A stretch of 64,000 bases of DNA from sequence record OR352940.1. One strand, 5' to 3'. The translations under genes were made by a program, and so were the position numbers. A model generated the notes under the pieces. It saw only the letters and a list, made by a program, of their open reading frames with translations, was not told the origin of the DNA and did no database searches. The stretch is from Escherichia phage AV110. Below are positions 8,934 through 19,536 of this stretch, piece after piece (the first letter of the stretch is position 1; each line of letters begins with the position of its first letter).

Positions 8934-9302
8934 TTAATTACCAATTGTATATTTTGCTTTCAAAGTCCAGTCATCTTTCTGTTTAAAAGAGATAACACGG
9001 AAGTTATTAGTCAGGCCAAACAGATCTTCACGAGCAGAGTCTTCAATAACAATCAAGCCCCAGTCTTCAAGCAACTGAGCAATCGAATCACGTCGCTGAT
9101 AGTCTTCACCATCAATATCAACCTGACGTCCGTCCATACGCAGCATTTCTTTAAAGTGGACGATGTAATATTTACCTTGCTTTTGGAGGATATGACAGGA
9201 CTGATAAAGAACTTTATCCTTGTTATTAGCGATGCCCATACGGGTCAGAGTCTCTTTGACTTTCAGAAAATCTTCGGGGTTCTTCAATTTAATTTCGATC
9301 AT
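8934..9302 (-). CDS. regA: translational repressor RegA
   Basis: Start moved to internal MIEIKLKNPEDFLKVKETLTRMGIANNKDKVLYQSCHILQ, which matches T4 RegA as recalled; synteny 43-regA-62. Confidence 0.85.
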   Translation of the reverse strand: MIEIKLKNPEDFLKVKETLTRMGIANNKDKVLYQSCHILQKQGKYYIVHFKEMLRMDGRQVDIDGEDYQRRDSIAQLLEDWGLIVIEDSAREDLFGLTNNFRVISFKQKDDWTLKAKYTIGN

Positions 9303-9304
9303 TT

Positions 9305-9868
9305 TTACCATTCCAATGCTAATTTTTTAAATTGTTTTTGTTCTTTCACATTTTTTGTAACTTCTTTGAGAAACTCATCAGTGACCATGGCCTTCAGTTC
9401 TTTAAGGACTATTGGCAACTTGTTATTTTTTTCAAGGAGCCGCTTATACTCGGTAGCATCATTCATGTTGATTGTGTAATGTTTCATCAACAGTTTGATA
9501 ACTAGTAACTCTGAAGTGTCTTCGACTAGTTTAGCCCATTTAGAGAATCGTCGGCCACGTGGAATTGCCGCCATCATATAGTTGAAGTGCGCTTCATCAC
9601 TTAATTCAGAACCGACTAAGTTCATCATGTAAACGGCTGGCATACATTCTGGGAACTGGGATAATGAGTTCTCAACCATAAATTTTGAGTAGTCGACCTG
9701 AGCAATTGACATAGATTTCTTTTCATTAATAGCATTAATGATTTTAAAGAATTCATTCTCAGGTTTTTCTTTAAACATGTCAGCACATTTTTGAATCGCA
9801 TCAGCGTCGTTAGACTTCCATGCAATTTGGTGCTCGTTAAGTTGGACGTCATCATCAAATAAGTTCAT
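9305..9868 (-). CDS. 62: clamp-loader subunit gp62
   Basis: 187 aa, same length and position as T4 gp62. Confidence 0.85.
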   Translation of the reverse strand: MNLFDDDVQLNEHQIAWKSNDADAIQKCADMFKEKPENEFFKIINAINEKKSMSIAQVDYSKFMVENSLSQFPECMPAVYMMNLVGSELSDEAHFNYMMAAIPRGRRFSKWAKLVEDTSELLVIKLLMKHYTINMNDATEYKRLLEKNNKLPIVLKELKAMVTDEFLKEVTKNVKEQKQFKKLALEW

Positions 9869-9869
9869 A

Positions 9870-10832
9870 TTATTTCCAAGTCAGTTCGCAGGTCAGTTGA
9901 AGAAGCATATACATAACATGTAATTCAATATTACTTGCTAATCCATGAAACTTATTATTTTCGCCTGCAATTTCATAAAGCGAAATAATACTTTTACCTG
10001 GTGCAACTTTGTCATAACACTCAGAAACTAATTTATCGATGAACCATGAATAATCAGCGGCATATTTTGGAGCTAACGCACGAAGCTGTTTGATATCTTT
10101 ATTTTTCATTGCTTCTATGACATCATCTACCGTGCCACGATCATTGGTTACAATCGACAAAATACCTGCATCAAGAACACCTTTAGACGAGTACTGGTCT
10201 AATTGACCAATTGTACGTCGAAAGTCCGGGAAGTTCTTTTTAACCAGAGCTGCAACAACTTTCATATCAGCGATTTCGATATTTTCGTTCTTACAGATTT
10301 CAACCATGCGATGAATCATTTTCTTCATCATTGAGATTTTATCTTCTTCGGTTGGACGTCCGAATTCGATAACTCGACAACGACTACGTAACGGTTCGAT
10401 AATTCCATCGATGTTGTTGGCAGTAATAATAATAGAACAGTTACTAGAGAATTCTTCCATGAATGTACGAAGGTGACGTTGTGATTCAGCGAGGCCACTA
10501 CGGTCAAATTCATCAATAACAATAACTTTAGGCTTGCCTTCCATTGAGACTGAACGAGCGAATGCAGTTAACGGACCACGCACAAAATCAATCTTACAAT
10601 CAGAACCGTTGACGAACATCATTTCGGCATTGATATCATTACATAATGCTTTTGCTACGGTTGTTTTACCGGTACCAGGAGATGGAGAGTGTAAAATAAT
10701 ATGAGGAAGTTTTCCTTTAGATACTAAAGACTTGAATGTTTCATGGTCATACGCAGGCAGAATACATTCGTCAATGGAAGAAGGACGATATTTCTGTTCT
10801 AGAATGTGTTCTTTGGAATTGATAGTAATCAT
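9870..10832 (-). CDS. 44: clamp-loader ATPase gp44 (AAA+)
   Basis: 320 aa; Walker [11 protein letters not shown], Walker B VIVIDEFD; near-identical to T4 gp44 as recalled. Confidence 0.95.
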   Translation of the reverse strand: MITINSKEHILEQKYRPSSIDECILPAYDHETFKSLVSKGKLPHIILHSPSPGTGKTTVAKALCNDINAEMMFVNGSDCKIDFVRGPLTAFARSVSMEGKPKVIVIDEFDRSGLAESQRHLRTFMEEFSSNCSIIITANNIDGIIEPLRSRCRVIEFGRPTEEDKISMMKKMIHRMVEICKNENIEIADMKVVAALVKKNFPDFRRTIGQLDQYSSKGVLDAGILSIVTNDRGTVDDVIEAMKNKDIKQLRALAPKYAADYSWFIDKLVSECYDKVAPGKSIISLYEIAGENNKFHGLASNIELHVMYMLLQLTCELTWK

Positions 10833-10907
10833 GTAATTTTCCTCATTATCATTAAACTGGAGGATTTCTCCTCCATAATCGTATCACAATAAACGTAAAG
10901 CTTTGAC

Positions 10908-11594
10908 TTAGAAGTCGTGAGTAGAATCGGCTTCCATCGCAATAACATAACTTACTTGAGAGCTTTCAAACTTAGCTGCAACTTTATCACCAGCTCCCCA
11001 CAACATTACTTTATAGTTACCTGGCTGGATTTTCATATTAGCCATATTGATTACGAAGTTAAAGTTATTAGAACCGTCATAATCAGTAAGAGTCAAAGAA
11101 TACTTAGGACGAGTTAGTCCGGAATCTTCAACTTTATTATAGCCATTGATAACAATTTTACCATCTTTATTTGTAATAGCAATTGTATCAATCTGAAGTC
11201 CACGTGAAACTCGAAGCAATTGTTGAAGGTCTTCAGCTTTAATTTCAGTAATCACAGAAGCCACTGGGAATTGAATTGGCTTATTAGGAAAAACAATGGT
11301 GCTCTTGTCGGCAGCAGGCCAATAAACTGTGGAACGTGTATCTGCAATTTTAATATTGCCATCAGTATGCATTGAAATTTCGGCATCGTCAGACACTAGA
11401 CTCAAAATGCTTAAGAAGCTATTCAAATCATAAAGTGCTACGTCAAAATCAATTTCATCAGAGATATTTGCTTCCGCATAAGTGGTGCCATTAACTGCAC
11501 GAGTCATAATAAATTTACCTTGACTCAGCAGAATGCCAGAGTTAATAGAGGCAAAGTTTTTCAGAATAGCGATAGTATCTTTAGACAGTTTCAT
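10908..11594 (-). CDS. 45: sliding clamp gp45
   Basis: Start adjusted to MKLSKDT (228 aa); strong similarity to T4 gp45. Confidence 0.95.
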   Translation of the reverse strand: MKLSKDTIAILKNFASINSGILLSQGKFIMTRAVNGTTYAEANISDEIDFDVALYDLNSFLSILSLVSDDAEISMHTDGNIKIADTRSTVYWPAADKSTIVFPNKPIQFPVASVITEIKAEDLQQLLRVSRGLQIDTIAITNKDGKIVINGYNKVEDSGLTRPKYSLTLTDYDGSNNFNFVINMANMKIQPGNYKVMLWGAGDKVAAKFESSQVSYVIAMEADSTHDF

Positions 11595-11636
11595 TTTATT
11601 TCCTTTCAAGACAATTCAAAGTTTATAACAAATTTA

Positions 11637-12053
11637 TTATGCAGCAACCATCTGCTTTTTAATAGCTTCAGGCAGTGATTCAATATATTCTGGAATTTTA
11701 GAAGCAACAATTTCGCCAGCTGCAATTAGTTGTTCGTCGGCATCAACACAGTAAAAATCTTCAAGGCGTTCAGAACCGTCTTTATCAAGAACGATTTTAG
11801 CACCTGCTTCGATAGAATCTTTATAGTGCTTACGCATCAAATGAATCCACATATCAGACACATCGTTATCAATAAAACCATAAATCATAAAACGAGTTTC
11901 TTGTGGCAAAGATTGGAGTTTTTTAGCACTTGCGTCATCACAATGCAGGACCCATGCTTTACGAACACGATTATGGTTATGCGGGTTAGCGTCAGTACGG
12001 ATAGAAGTAACTTTCAGATCAGCAGCGGTAAAACCTTTAGCAGTAGTAAACAT
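11637..12053 (-). CDS. rpbA: RNA polymerase-binding protein RpbA-like
   Basis: 138 aa ORF at the T4 rpbA position between genes 45 and 46; synteny only. Confidence 0.55.
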   Translation of the reverse strand: MFTTAKGFTAADLKVTSIRTDANPHNHNRVRKAWVLHCDDASAKKLQSLPQETRFMIYGFIDNDVSDMWIHLMRKHYKDSIEAGAKIVLDKDGSERLEDFYCVDADEQLIAAGEIVASKIPEYIESLPEAIKKQMVAA

Positions 12054-12065
12054 ATTATTTCTCTC

Positions 12066-12266
12066 TTATTCGTAGAAGTCGGTAACTGTCCATGCGGAAT
12101 TGCGATTAGACATTATTTTATTATACTCATCTTTAAAAGCAGATTTGAGCATTTGTTCAGTAACAATATGTTCTTCACCTGAAAACGTATTGGTCAAAAC
12201 ATATTTTTTAATTTCAGGGACAACGAGAAGATGTTGTCCAGTTGAATACTCCATGTTGTTCTCCAT
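12066..12266 (-). CDS. hypothetical protein (66 aa; T4 45.2 position)
   Basis: ORF in operon orientation. Confidence 0.45.
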   Translation of the reverse strand: MENNMEYSTGQHLLVVPEIKKYVLTNTFSGEEHIVTEQMLKSAFKDEYNKIMSNRNSAWTVTDFYE

Positions 12267-12308
12267 TTAATTTGATGTGGTCATTATAACCACATCGTGT
12301 TAAAGCGT

Positions 12309-13997
12309 TTATGAAACAGTCATTACAGTAAATCGTCCAACTTTGCTCATTTGCAAATGTTGTCCATAACGTTGAGGGTCATGGTCCCTATGAGAAATAA
12401 TGAACACGTTAGTATTTTGTAAACTTCCAAGAATGGTATCTATAGCCTTAACAGCTTCAGAATCAACTGCCCCATCAAAAACCTCATCAAGAATCAGAGT
12501 GTTGATTTTAACACCAGAGACCTTTTCAGCAATATCTCGCCATGTAAACAACAACGCGATATCAATGCGTGCTTTTTCACCTTGACTAAATGAAGCATAA
12601 CTAAAATCTTCACGACCACGTGATTTTATAGATTCATTGAATTCTTCATCAATAGAAAACACGTAATCAGCTTCCATAATTTTAAGATAATGGTTAATCT
12701 GCTTGTTGAACAGAGGCACATATTTTTTAATGATAGCACCTTTAATACCAGAATCTTTTAACATATCTGTGATAATACCACGATGGTATTTTTCAAGAAC
12801 GATATCCGATTTTGTTTTAATGATTTTATCAAGTTCTTTTTGAAGCAAAGCTATCTCATCGGCATGGTCGATAAATTCTGCTGAGGCTTGCTCTATTGCA
12901 GCTTTAACTTTCTTAGCTTTATCAATAGTGGCAATCATTGCTTGTTTCTTGGTACGAATATCAGATGCAAGGTCCTGTTTAGTCTTAACATTAGCTCTAT
13001 ATTCGTCCACTAGGACACTCAGATTATCTCTGTGACATGTAAGTTGCTCGAATGAGTGATTACATTCATGAAGCTTATCGGTAATCTTAGAGACAATAGG
13101 ATCACCCTGGTGCAACTGTGATGCGCAAGTAGGACATGTACCGCCGTCATGATACATCTTAATAACTTTGTTGTATGAGTCAATTTTAGATTTAATCAAG
13201 AATGCTTCTTGTCCTATCTTGTTGAATGCCTCAGTAGGGTCTTCATCAAGAACGATATTAAGTAGTCGCTCATTAGCTTCTTCGATTTCTGCTTTTAATG
13301 AACGAGCTTCTTTGGCTAGGTCGTCATACATATTCTGTAGACGCGCTACATTATCACCAGATAATTTCTTTTGACGTTCGATATTCTCGTTATAAATCTT
13401 AATTTGTTGGATAACACCATCTTTCTTGGCATCGAGAACTTGTCCCTGAGAATTAAGTTCGCGAACTTGAGACTTATTGATTTTATCCATTTCAGCGAGT
13501 GTGCCGACTTCTAAAAGGTCTTCGACAAGTTTTCTACGAGCAGGGGTGCTAAGAGCCATGAAAGGGGTATACCCTGCCGTCCCAAGCACAACGATCTGTT
13601 TAAAAGACGCGTATGACATTCCGATGCTACGTTCAAATTCTTCTTGGAAGTCACGACTGCTGGCAGATTCATCGAGACGAACACCGTCAACGGAGATTTC
13701 GAAAATATTGGGCTTTTGGCCACGTTTAATGAAGTATTTTTTATCATCGAATTCCATCCAAAGCTCAACTAAGAGCTCTTTCTTGTTCGTGCTATTAATG
13801 ATTTGTCCTTTCTTAACATCACGAAATGGTTTACCGAAAAGTCCGAAAGTAATGGCTTCTAACATCGTAGATTTACCACCGCCATTTTTACCGGTGATTA
13901 AGGTCTTTTGGACTTTATCTAATTGGATATCGATAGGATTCCCACCTACCGACATGATGTTTTGATAACGAACACGATTTAATTTAAATGATTTCAT
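12309..13997 (-). CDS. 46: recombination endonuclease subunit gp46 (SbcC/Rad50-like ATPase)
   Basis: 562 aa; Walker A GKNGGGKST; coiled-coil middle; C-terminal LILDEVFDG signature/Walker B region. Confidence 0.92.
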   Translation of the reverse strand: MKSFKLNRVRYQNIMSVGGNPIDIQLDKVQKTLITGKNGGGKSTMLEAITFGLFGKPFRDVKKGQIINSTNKKELLVELWMEFDDKKYFIKRGQKPNIFEISVDGVRLDESASSRDFQEEFERSIGMSYASFKQIVVLGTAGYTPFMALSTPARRKLVEDLLEVGTLAEMDKINKSQVRELNSQGQVLDAKKDGVIQQIKIYNENIERQKKLSGDNVARLQNMYDDLAKEARSLKAEIEEANERLLNIVLDEDPTEAFNKIGQEAFLIKSKIDSYNKVIKMYHDGGTCPTCASQLHQGDPIVSKITDKLHECNHSFEQLTCHRDNLSVLVDEYRANVKTKQDLASDIRTKKQAMIATIDKAKKVKAAIEQASAEFIDHADEIALLQKELDKIIKTKSDIVLEKYHRGIITDMLKDSGIKGAIIKKYVPLFNKQINHYLKIMEADYVFSIDEEFNESIKSRGREDFSYASFSQGEKARIDIALLFTWRDIAEKVSGVKINTLILDEVFDGAVDSEAVKAIDTILGSLQNTNVFIISHRDHDPQRYGQHLQMSKVGRFTVMTVS

Positions 13998-14248
13998 ATG
14001 TATTCTCTTCGAATGAAGTCCTCTACATATTTTAACATGTCATCTCTATCAGCAAAATATTCATCTAGTTCTGCATACATAACAACACCTGGTGCATACT
14101 CACAGGTAACATACATTGTTCCAAAGAAACGAGGAGTTGATTCCTCGTAATTCTCAGTCCATTCAACGATACCAATATAACCGTCACCAATACTAAATTC
14201 ATGACGATGGATTTCATAATCAGTCTTCGTCATTATACGCATCCTCAA
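13994..14248 (-). CDS. hypothetical protein (84 aa)
   Basis: ORF between 46 and 47, overlapping start/stop. Confidence 0.5.
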   Translation of the reverse strand: MRMRIMTKTDYEIHRHEFSIGDGYIGIVEWTENYEESTPRFFGTMYVTCEYAPGVVMYAELDEYFADRDDMLKYVEDFIRREYI

Positions 14249-14477
14249 TACACGCTTCAGCCATTTTAAGAATAGAGCCGGGAGTATCGTTGTCCATTAT
14301 ATTAAAGCTAAATTCAATAGCCCAGTCGGTGCAGACATGAACTGCTTTAACTTCATTGCCTTCAACGCGTAATGGCTCAATCCAATACTTGATGGTGTTC
14401 TCGAATCCATCATCGTCTTTAACGTCTATTTCAACTTCAAGCCCGAGCCCAGCATTGTTAAATTCATCTAAAGTCAT
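14220..14477 (-). CDS. hypothetical acidic protein (85 aa)
   Basis: ORF between 46 and 47. Confidence 0.5.
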   Translation of the reverse strand: MTLDEFNNAGLGLEVEIDVKDDDGFENTIKYWIEPLRVEGNEVKAVHVCTDWAIEFSFNIMDNDTPGSILKMAEACIEDAYNDED

Positions 14478-15493
14478 TGTGTTGCCTCAATATAAAGTTC
14501 GTTGGAATATTTGACCAGCGCTTCTCTGTCTTCGTCTGAGATATCTGGAATCGCGTCAATATATTCTTTAATGATATCTTGAAGTGATTTAATCTCAATT
14601 TCCTGGTCATCATCAGATTCAACACTGTTATCAAATTTAGAAACCATACGAAGAGAGTGAACTACTTTTTCAAGTTCAGATTCAAACTTAGTCAACTCTG
14701 AATCAATTTCTGATACTATAACACGTACGGCTAGATTAGTATAATCAGAATAATTAATTTTGCCTTTAAACGGATAAGTGATTCGTCGATGCCATGTTGT
14801 TTCATTAGGAATAAATTCCATACGTTCAACATCAGTGTCAAATACCCAGAATCCGCGTGGGTCGTTCTCATCGCCTGCAGTAAGGGTCCATGGTGTCCCA
14901 ATATATTTGACGTTAGCAGCTTCAGAGATTGTGTGGAAGTGGCCGGACCAGACTTGTTTATAGGTCTTTAAGAAATCAGGTTCAAGCCCATGAGACTTCA
15001 TTCCTTTATAGAAATAAAAGCCATTTAATTCCCAGTGCCCAACACAATACGCGGCGGAAGAAGTCTTGATGTGCTCTAAGATTTCACCTGTATTTTCTTC
15101 ACACATCCATGGAACGATATCAATCAGACATCCGTCAAAATCTACAGTAGTCGGATGCTCGTAAATAGTAAAGTTTTCAAATTGAGTTAACAATTCAGAA
15201 ACAGTGTTAGGTGTTATTGTATTCTTAAACGCCATGTCATGGTTTCCTATCGTGACATGAACGTGAATGCCTGCTTTAGAAATCATATCAACGATTTCAC
15301 GATTGAATTCCATTGTACGATGTGTTATTGCTTTACGGACGTCAAACCAATCACCGTACTGAATCCAAGTTTTAATCCCGTGTTTCTTAGAGTATTCAAT
15401 TGCTTGTTGAATACCATCACGTTGAATATCTTGAACCCATGGGTCGTCTTGTTTGACTCCGATATGGAAGTCGCCTAAGTGCAAAATTTTCAT
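14474..15493 (-). CDS. 47: recombination nuclease subunit gp47 (Mre11/SbcD-like phosphoesterase)
   Basis: 339 aa; MKILHLGDFHIG... calcineurin-like phosphoesterase motifs (GDxH, GNHD). Confidence 0.92.
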   Translation of the reverse strand: MKILHLGDFHIGVKQDDPWVQDIQRDGIQQAIEYSKKHGIKTWIQYGDWFDVRKAITHRTMEFNREIVDMISKAGIHVHVTIGNHDMAFKNTITPNTVSELLTQFENFTIYEHPTTVDFDGCLIDIVPWMCEENTGEILEHIKTSSAAYCVGHWELNGFYFYKGMKSHGLEPDFLKTYKQVWSGHFHTISEAANVKYIGTPWTLTAGDENDPRGFWVFDTDVERMEFIPNETTWHRRITYPFKGKINYSDYTNLAVRVIVSEIDSELTKFESELEKVVHSLRMVSKFDNSVESDDDQEIEIKSLQDIIKEYIDAIPDISDEDREALVKYSNELYIEATQ

Positions 15494-15539
15494 ATTATTT
15501 CCTCATTAGTTAATTCATTTTATCATCCGTTTATAAAGC

Positions 15540-15563
15540 AAAAAAGGAACTCCGAAGAGTTCC
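15540..15563 (-). terminator. intrinsic terminator upstream of gene 47 (minus strand)
   Basis: GGAACUC-UUCG-GAGUUCC stem-loop followed by U6 on the minus transcript. Confidence 0.55.
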
Positions 15564-15775
15564 TATCCACATAGTACACCGTACAGAGGCTCATTTGAAC
15601 TTTTAAATCGAATGGGCTTGTACGTAATAGTTCCTTCGGCAGAAGCTTTATCATAAGACTCTTTAAAACGTCTCATTCTTTCTGCTTTGCCTTTACGGAT
15701 TTTATCGAAATTTTCAGAAGTCGGGATGTTCGTCATGCATAATCACCTCTCAGAAAATACCTAAACCGATTTCTC

Positions 15776-15997
15776 TCATCGTTTCCACCATTTCTTAACT
15801 TGAAATGAATCGACCCACACGAGTTGTTTTGGGTCTGCCTTTACAATAGGCGGACAAATTTCTGTAATAGAACCGTCGTGATATTCCTTTTCAGAAATTT
15901 TAACACAAAGAGGACCTCCCAATTTAAGGGTGAACCCTGCGTTCAGCTTCAGATGTTTAAACTTTGTTTGAACTAGCGCCATTAATGATGTCCTCAA
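15776..15997 (-). CDS. hypothetical protein (73 aa)
   Basis: ORF; start uncertain. Confidence 0.4.
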   Translation of the reverse strand: MRTSLMALVQTKFKHLKLNAGFTLKLGGPLCVKISEKEYHDGSITEICPPIVKADPKQLVWVDSFQVKKWWKR

Positions 15998-16280
15998 TAG
16001 CCTGACGAGTAGTAACCCACTGGATTTTAATTAACTTGTCATTGTATGGTTGTCGTAGAATATCCCGAGATTTCTTAATAGCATATTCGTAAGCTTCGAA
16101 GTTGTTTTGAATTGCTGCTTCTTGAGCATGTGCATAAAGACGGTTTAGTTCAAAACGATTCTTTTTAAGAATCTTTTCGGATTTTTTACGTGCTTCAGCT
16201 TCATTTTTCTTTTGGATTTCTTGTAGCATTTTAGCTACTGCATCTTCTGCTTCTTTATTTTCAATAATCTCGGTAGTCAT
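15957..16280 (-). CDS. hypothetical coiled-coil protein (107 aa)
   Basis: ORF occupying the interval where T4 carries alpha-gt. Confidence 0.5.
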   Translation of the reverse strand: MTTEIIENKEAEDAVAKMLQEIQKKNEAEARKKSEKILKKNRFELNRLYAHAQEAAIQNNFEAYEYAIKKSRDILRQPYNDKLIKIQWVTTRQAIEDIINGASSNKV

Positions 16281-16281
16281 A

Positions 16282-16491
16282 TTATCTCATTAAATTAAAA
16301 TAAAAACGTCCGTCCTCTTCAATACAGAACTCGTACTCAACTGGAGTTCCATTTATCGAAAATGACACGTCATGTGGGTTCAAAGGGTCGATGTCAAAAT
16401 TAATTTTAAATTCTCGACCCAACAGTTTTACCAAATAAGGGATTGCTTCGTCAAAAGGTTCTTCTAAGTAGTTAGAGATGTCAATTGTCAT
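16282..16491 (-). CDS. hypothetical protein (start trimmed to internal Met)
   Basis: ORF-track N-terminus overlaps gene 55 by ~95 nt; likely starts at MTIDIS. Confidence 0.4.
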   Translation of the reverse strand: MTIDISNYLEEPFDEAIPYLVKLLGREFKINFDIDPLNPHDVSFSINGTPVEYEFCIEEDGRFYFNLMR

Positions 16492-17056
16492 CCTCATATA
16501 AAAAATCCAAACTAGGCGAATCGCTAACAACTTCCTTCTTTTCAGCCCCAGGAGCTTTATAAGCGGATTCTTCATAATGCGTCATTTTATCGTAGATGTC
16601 TTGAATAAACGTTTCATCTACCAACGCTACCATATCATCGTCATGACTGTCGTAGACATTATGAACGAAGTAACTATATTTCTTTGCAACTTCCTTACGT
16701 TCTTTTTTGATACGTTGGACAAAAGCATTAAAACAAGCTCGAGTTATGTATGCATGTGGGTTATTGTACTTAGTTTCGTCGAAATTATGAAGTCCCTTAA
16801 TAGAGGCTTCAATCCCATCTGCAATCATCTCCTGCTTCCAAGACTGGGTATATCCTGAAAAGTTGAAACGTTTGGACAGGCCTTCGGCGATAAGCATAAT
16901 TGCTAAACCGATAGTATCATTCTGACGAATAATTTTGTTTGGGTCTTTATTATTTAAGAGCTCCTTTTTCCACTCGATTATAGCGGCGAGAAGCTCTTTA
17001 TTATTCACATAGTTATTTTTAGGTTTTTGTTCAGTCATAAGTACCTCTTGGCTCAA
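16481..17056 (-). CDS. 55: late-transcription sigma factor gp55
   Basis: 191 aa; [27 protein letters not shown]...[35 protein letters not shown] matches T4 gp55 as recalled; exact start (M1 vs M7) uncertain. Confidence 0.9.
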   Translation of the reverse strand: MSQEVLMTEQKPKNNYVNNKELLAAIIEWKKELLNNKDPNKIIRQNDTIGLAIMLIAEGLSKRFNFSGYTQSWKQEMIADGIEASIKGLHNFDETKYNNPHAYITRACFNAFVQRIKKERKEVAKKYSYFVHNVYDSHDDDMVALVDETFIQDIYDKMTHYEESAYKAPGAEKKEVVSDSPSLDFLYEDDN

Positions 17057-17110
17057 TTCATAGGTCTATTATATCATAATATTTAGAGACCTATCTTAAA
17101 GCACGAGATA

Positions 17111-17380
17111 CTATCGGAGCAAACAATAAGCCTGAAACACTTTTTCCATTAAACGTTTGAACTCATGGATATCGATATAAAGCTCAGTAAGACCGGCATT
17201 ATAAAGAAAATCTAAAAAGTTCTCATGTGTTTCGTTATAGTCGCCTTCGTTTAATTGAGATACATGAGTTTCCCAAAAACCAACACCTTTAACGAATGGA
17301 AAATACGTGACTTTCATGTATTCGTCAACATAAAATTCGCCAAGCTTTTCTTCAGTTATACTGATTCGAGTTAATTTCAT
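17111..17380 (-). CDS. hypothetical protein (89 aa)
   Basis: ORF in operon. Confidence 0.5.
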   Translation of the reverse strand: MKLTRISITEEKLGEFYVDEYMKVTYFPFVKGVGFWETHVSQLNEGDYNETHENFLDFLYNAGLTELYIDIHEFKRLMEKVFQAYCLLR

Positions 17381-17604
17381 TCTAGTTCCTTTGCTGCTTC
17401 AAGAGCAGCATCCAGCGAGTCAAATTGGTCAACGAAATCAATATTCAACGCATCGTCAACCGTAGCATATAACCACCATTGTTTGAATTCGTATTCTAGA
17501 ATAAATCCAGGACCTTCAATCTGAGGAAGACCTAGGCTATTTGTACCAACTTCGTAACCAGCTAGATGCAGGTCATTAATCAAAATTTCTGTTAATACGC
17601 TCAT
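17377..17604 (-). CDS. hypothetical protein (75 aa)
   Basis: ORF, 4-nt overlaps with neighbours. Confidence 0.5.
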   Translation of the reverse strand: MSVLTEILINDLHLAGYEVGTNSLGLPQIEGPGFILEYEFKQWWLYATVDDALNIDFVDQFDSLDAALEAAKELE

Positions 17605-17981
17605 TTTACCGCCTTAACAATTTTCAAGTCAGCGAATTTTTTCTTACGTTGATTTTTCATACGACGGATAGTTTTTTCAGAGATTTCATGTTTCTGATAA
17701 GCTTTAGATTCAACACCAAATGCAGCAACGTCAAATTCAGAAAGAATATATTGTACTAGAATTTCGCGAATAGAATTACGTCCAATTTTCTGGTCGTGTT
17801 TTTGCATGATTTCATAAAGACGGAATTCCCACGCGTCAAGAACTTGAGGAGTAACAATATTGCCGGATTCCAGAAGAGCAACAACTTTATCGAAAGCGAA
17901 AGAATTAACTACGTTTTTGATTTTAGTAGACATATTATTTTCCTCGGTTATTTTATTATCCAACGAGAGAATTATACTCAT
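17601..17981 (-). CDS. hypothetical protein (126 aa)
   Basis: ORF; early promoter-like element upstream (~17985-18000). Confidence 0.5.
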   Translation of the reverse strand: MSIILSLDNKITEENNMSTKIKNVVNSFAFDKVVALLESGNIVTPQVLDAWEFRLYEIMQKHDQKIGRNSIREILVQYILSEFDVAAFGVESKAYQKHEISEKTIRRMKNQRKKKFADLKIVKAVK

Positions 17982-17999
17982 CTCTCAAGAGTTTGTATA

Positions 18000-18239
18000 C
18001 TATTTTTTAAGCATGAAAAGTAAGTAATTTGTATCACGTGGAGTAATATCAACACCCATATCAAAGATGCCTTTATAGATTGGGTATTTGTTTTCGGTTG
18101 TATCGAAGCTGAAACTATTTCCATCACAACTAACAGTAATAGCATCTGTTAAAATGTCATACTCAATCCTAACAATTGAATCCCCAATTTTAACGTCTAG
18201 GTGTTTTTTGAATTTGATAAAATCTAATTCTTGGGCCAT
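18000..18239 (-). CDS. hypothetical protein (79 aa)
   Basis: ORF. Confidence 0.5.
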   Translation of the reverse strand: MAQELDFIKFKKHLDVKIGDSIVRIEYDILTDAITVSCDGNSFSFDTTENKYPIYKGIFDMGVDITPRDTNYLLFMLKK

Positions 18240-18302
18240 GATATTTTCCTCATTTTAAGACGATAGGAAGATAATAACATGTCTTCCTATCGTTGTACAT
18301 TA

Positions 18303-18515
18303 TTAACCGAACTTTTTAGCGCCTTTCCAGCCTTCGTACATAACTGCGCAAGTCAGTAGTACAGCGTGCTGGCATTCTTTGTATTTGTAAATCCAGAACC
18401 AGCGTAAGAAGTCTTCGTCCTCAACACCGTTGAGTTTCATATTGGCAAAGAATTCGGCCCGTTCTTCACGAAGCTTTTGCGATAACATAGATTCAGGATT
18501 CATTTTGTGTTCCAC
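18303..18515 (-). CDS. hypothetical protein (70 aa)
   Basis: ORF. Confidence 0.45.
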   Translation of the reverse strand: MEHKMNPESMLSQKLREERAEFFANMKLNGVEDEDFLRWFWIYKYKECQHAVLLTCAVMYEGWKGAKKFG

Positions 18516-18641
18516 ACCCCATTTTCATCGATGAACTTAATCCAGTCATTTACAGACCATTTAGTTGTATCACCCTTTGGATTAACATTTAAAGTATATA
18601 ATCCCTGCTTAAAAAGCATTCGTTTGATATTCATAATTTCC

Positions 18642-18962
18642 TCAACTGTAACGATAACATTCGTTAGCTTTACGTTTGGCTTCAGTATGAGAAGTATTAT
18701 AATCATAATCTTCTTTACTGTAAACATCTTTTTTCAACTTACGAACTTCTTTGCGGAGTTGTCGATTCATTTCATTCTTGACTTCAGAATCAACGCCTTT
18801 CATACGTTTCCATTTATCTGAGCGGAAAATGTTTTCAACCATGACTTTGTGGCTAACACCGTCAGGAGCTTTACGCTTACCAAAATAGTCGTAATCGCGA
18901 ACTTTCAAATCTTTACGACGATATGTTTTACCCATAAGTACCTCAGAGGTTGATTGATACAA
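18642..18962 (-). CDS. hypothetical highly basic protein (106 aa)
   Basis: ORF rich in K/R. Confidence 0.45.
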   Translation of the reverse strand: MYQSTSEVLMGKTYRRKDLKVRDYDYFGKRKAPDGVSHKVMVENIFRSDKWKRMKGVDSEVKNEMNRQLRKEVRKLKKDVYSKEDYDYNTSHTEAKRKANECYRYS

Positions 18963-19191
18963 TGCGTTTGATAAAATTCACTTCACTTACTGAAAGGTCT
19001 TTAAGACCGATTGATTCTAAACGCTGAGTAAGCGTCAACATTGGGATATAATCCCAATGAGTTTTATTTGCTTGATAAGTACGAACGCCATTAGCAATTT
19101 CAACATACAAATCGGAAATGGTAACGAATACCGGTCGCTCGTTATTTACATTAAGAGATAGAACAACTTTCTTTGAATCTAAACTAATCAT
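18943..19191 (-). CDS. hypothetical protein (82 aa)
   Basis: ORF. Confidence 0.45.
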   Translation of the reverse strand: MISLDSKKVVLSLNVNNERPVFVTISDLYVEIANGVRTYQANKTHWDYIPMLTLTQRLESIGLKDLSVSEVNFIKRIVSINL

Positions 19192-19370
19192 GGCTTAATT
19201 TCCTTCGCAATTGAACAGAAGATACCACGGTCACAAAGCATTTCACCAATTTCTGGATATTTGATTGAACGGTACCAAACATCCAGGTTTGAAACTTTGG
19301 TTATCTGTACTGCATTACCGTTGACAGAATAGTACTGGTCAACCTTAATTTCTTTATCTTCAATTGTCAT
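19188..19370 (-). CDS. hypothetical protein (start trimmed to MTIEDKEIK)
   Basis: ORF-track N-terminal extension contains a promoter-like GTTTAC-N17-TAAGAT element (~19390-19430), so is probably non-coding. Confidence 0.4.
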   Translation of the reverse strand: MTIEDKEIKVDQYYSVNGNAVQITKVSNLDVWYRSIKYPEIGEMLCDRGIFCSIAKEIKP

Positions 19371-19536
19371 TTTATTTTCCTCTATAGTAGATGGTTTAAT
19401 CTTAACACATTTATTGAGGATGTAAACTGTTTTATGAAAATATTTTTTGATTTGAGAGGGGCACAAGGAGATAGTGAAGTGAAGATTCCAATGGATTATA
19501 TTAGAAATGAGATAAAGAAGACCAGGCGGCACCTGG

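Noticed and set aside
16481-17056. Full 191-aa ORF-track extent of gp55 and long N-terminal extensions of several ORFs (e.g. 19188-19532, 23262-23813, 36726-37160, 49652-50278, 55254-55847)
   Set aside because: Extensions overlap upstream genes, promoters or a tRNA; starts were trimmed to internal Met codons that match T4 homologue N-termini or avoid the overlap. The exact gp55 start remains uncertain.
18500-18727. 75-aa ORF overlapping 18642-18962
   Set aside because: Overlaps the neighbouring ORF in another frame by ~85 nt; trimming would leave ~44 aa. Not listed.
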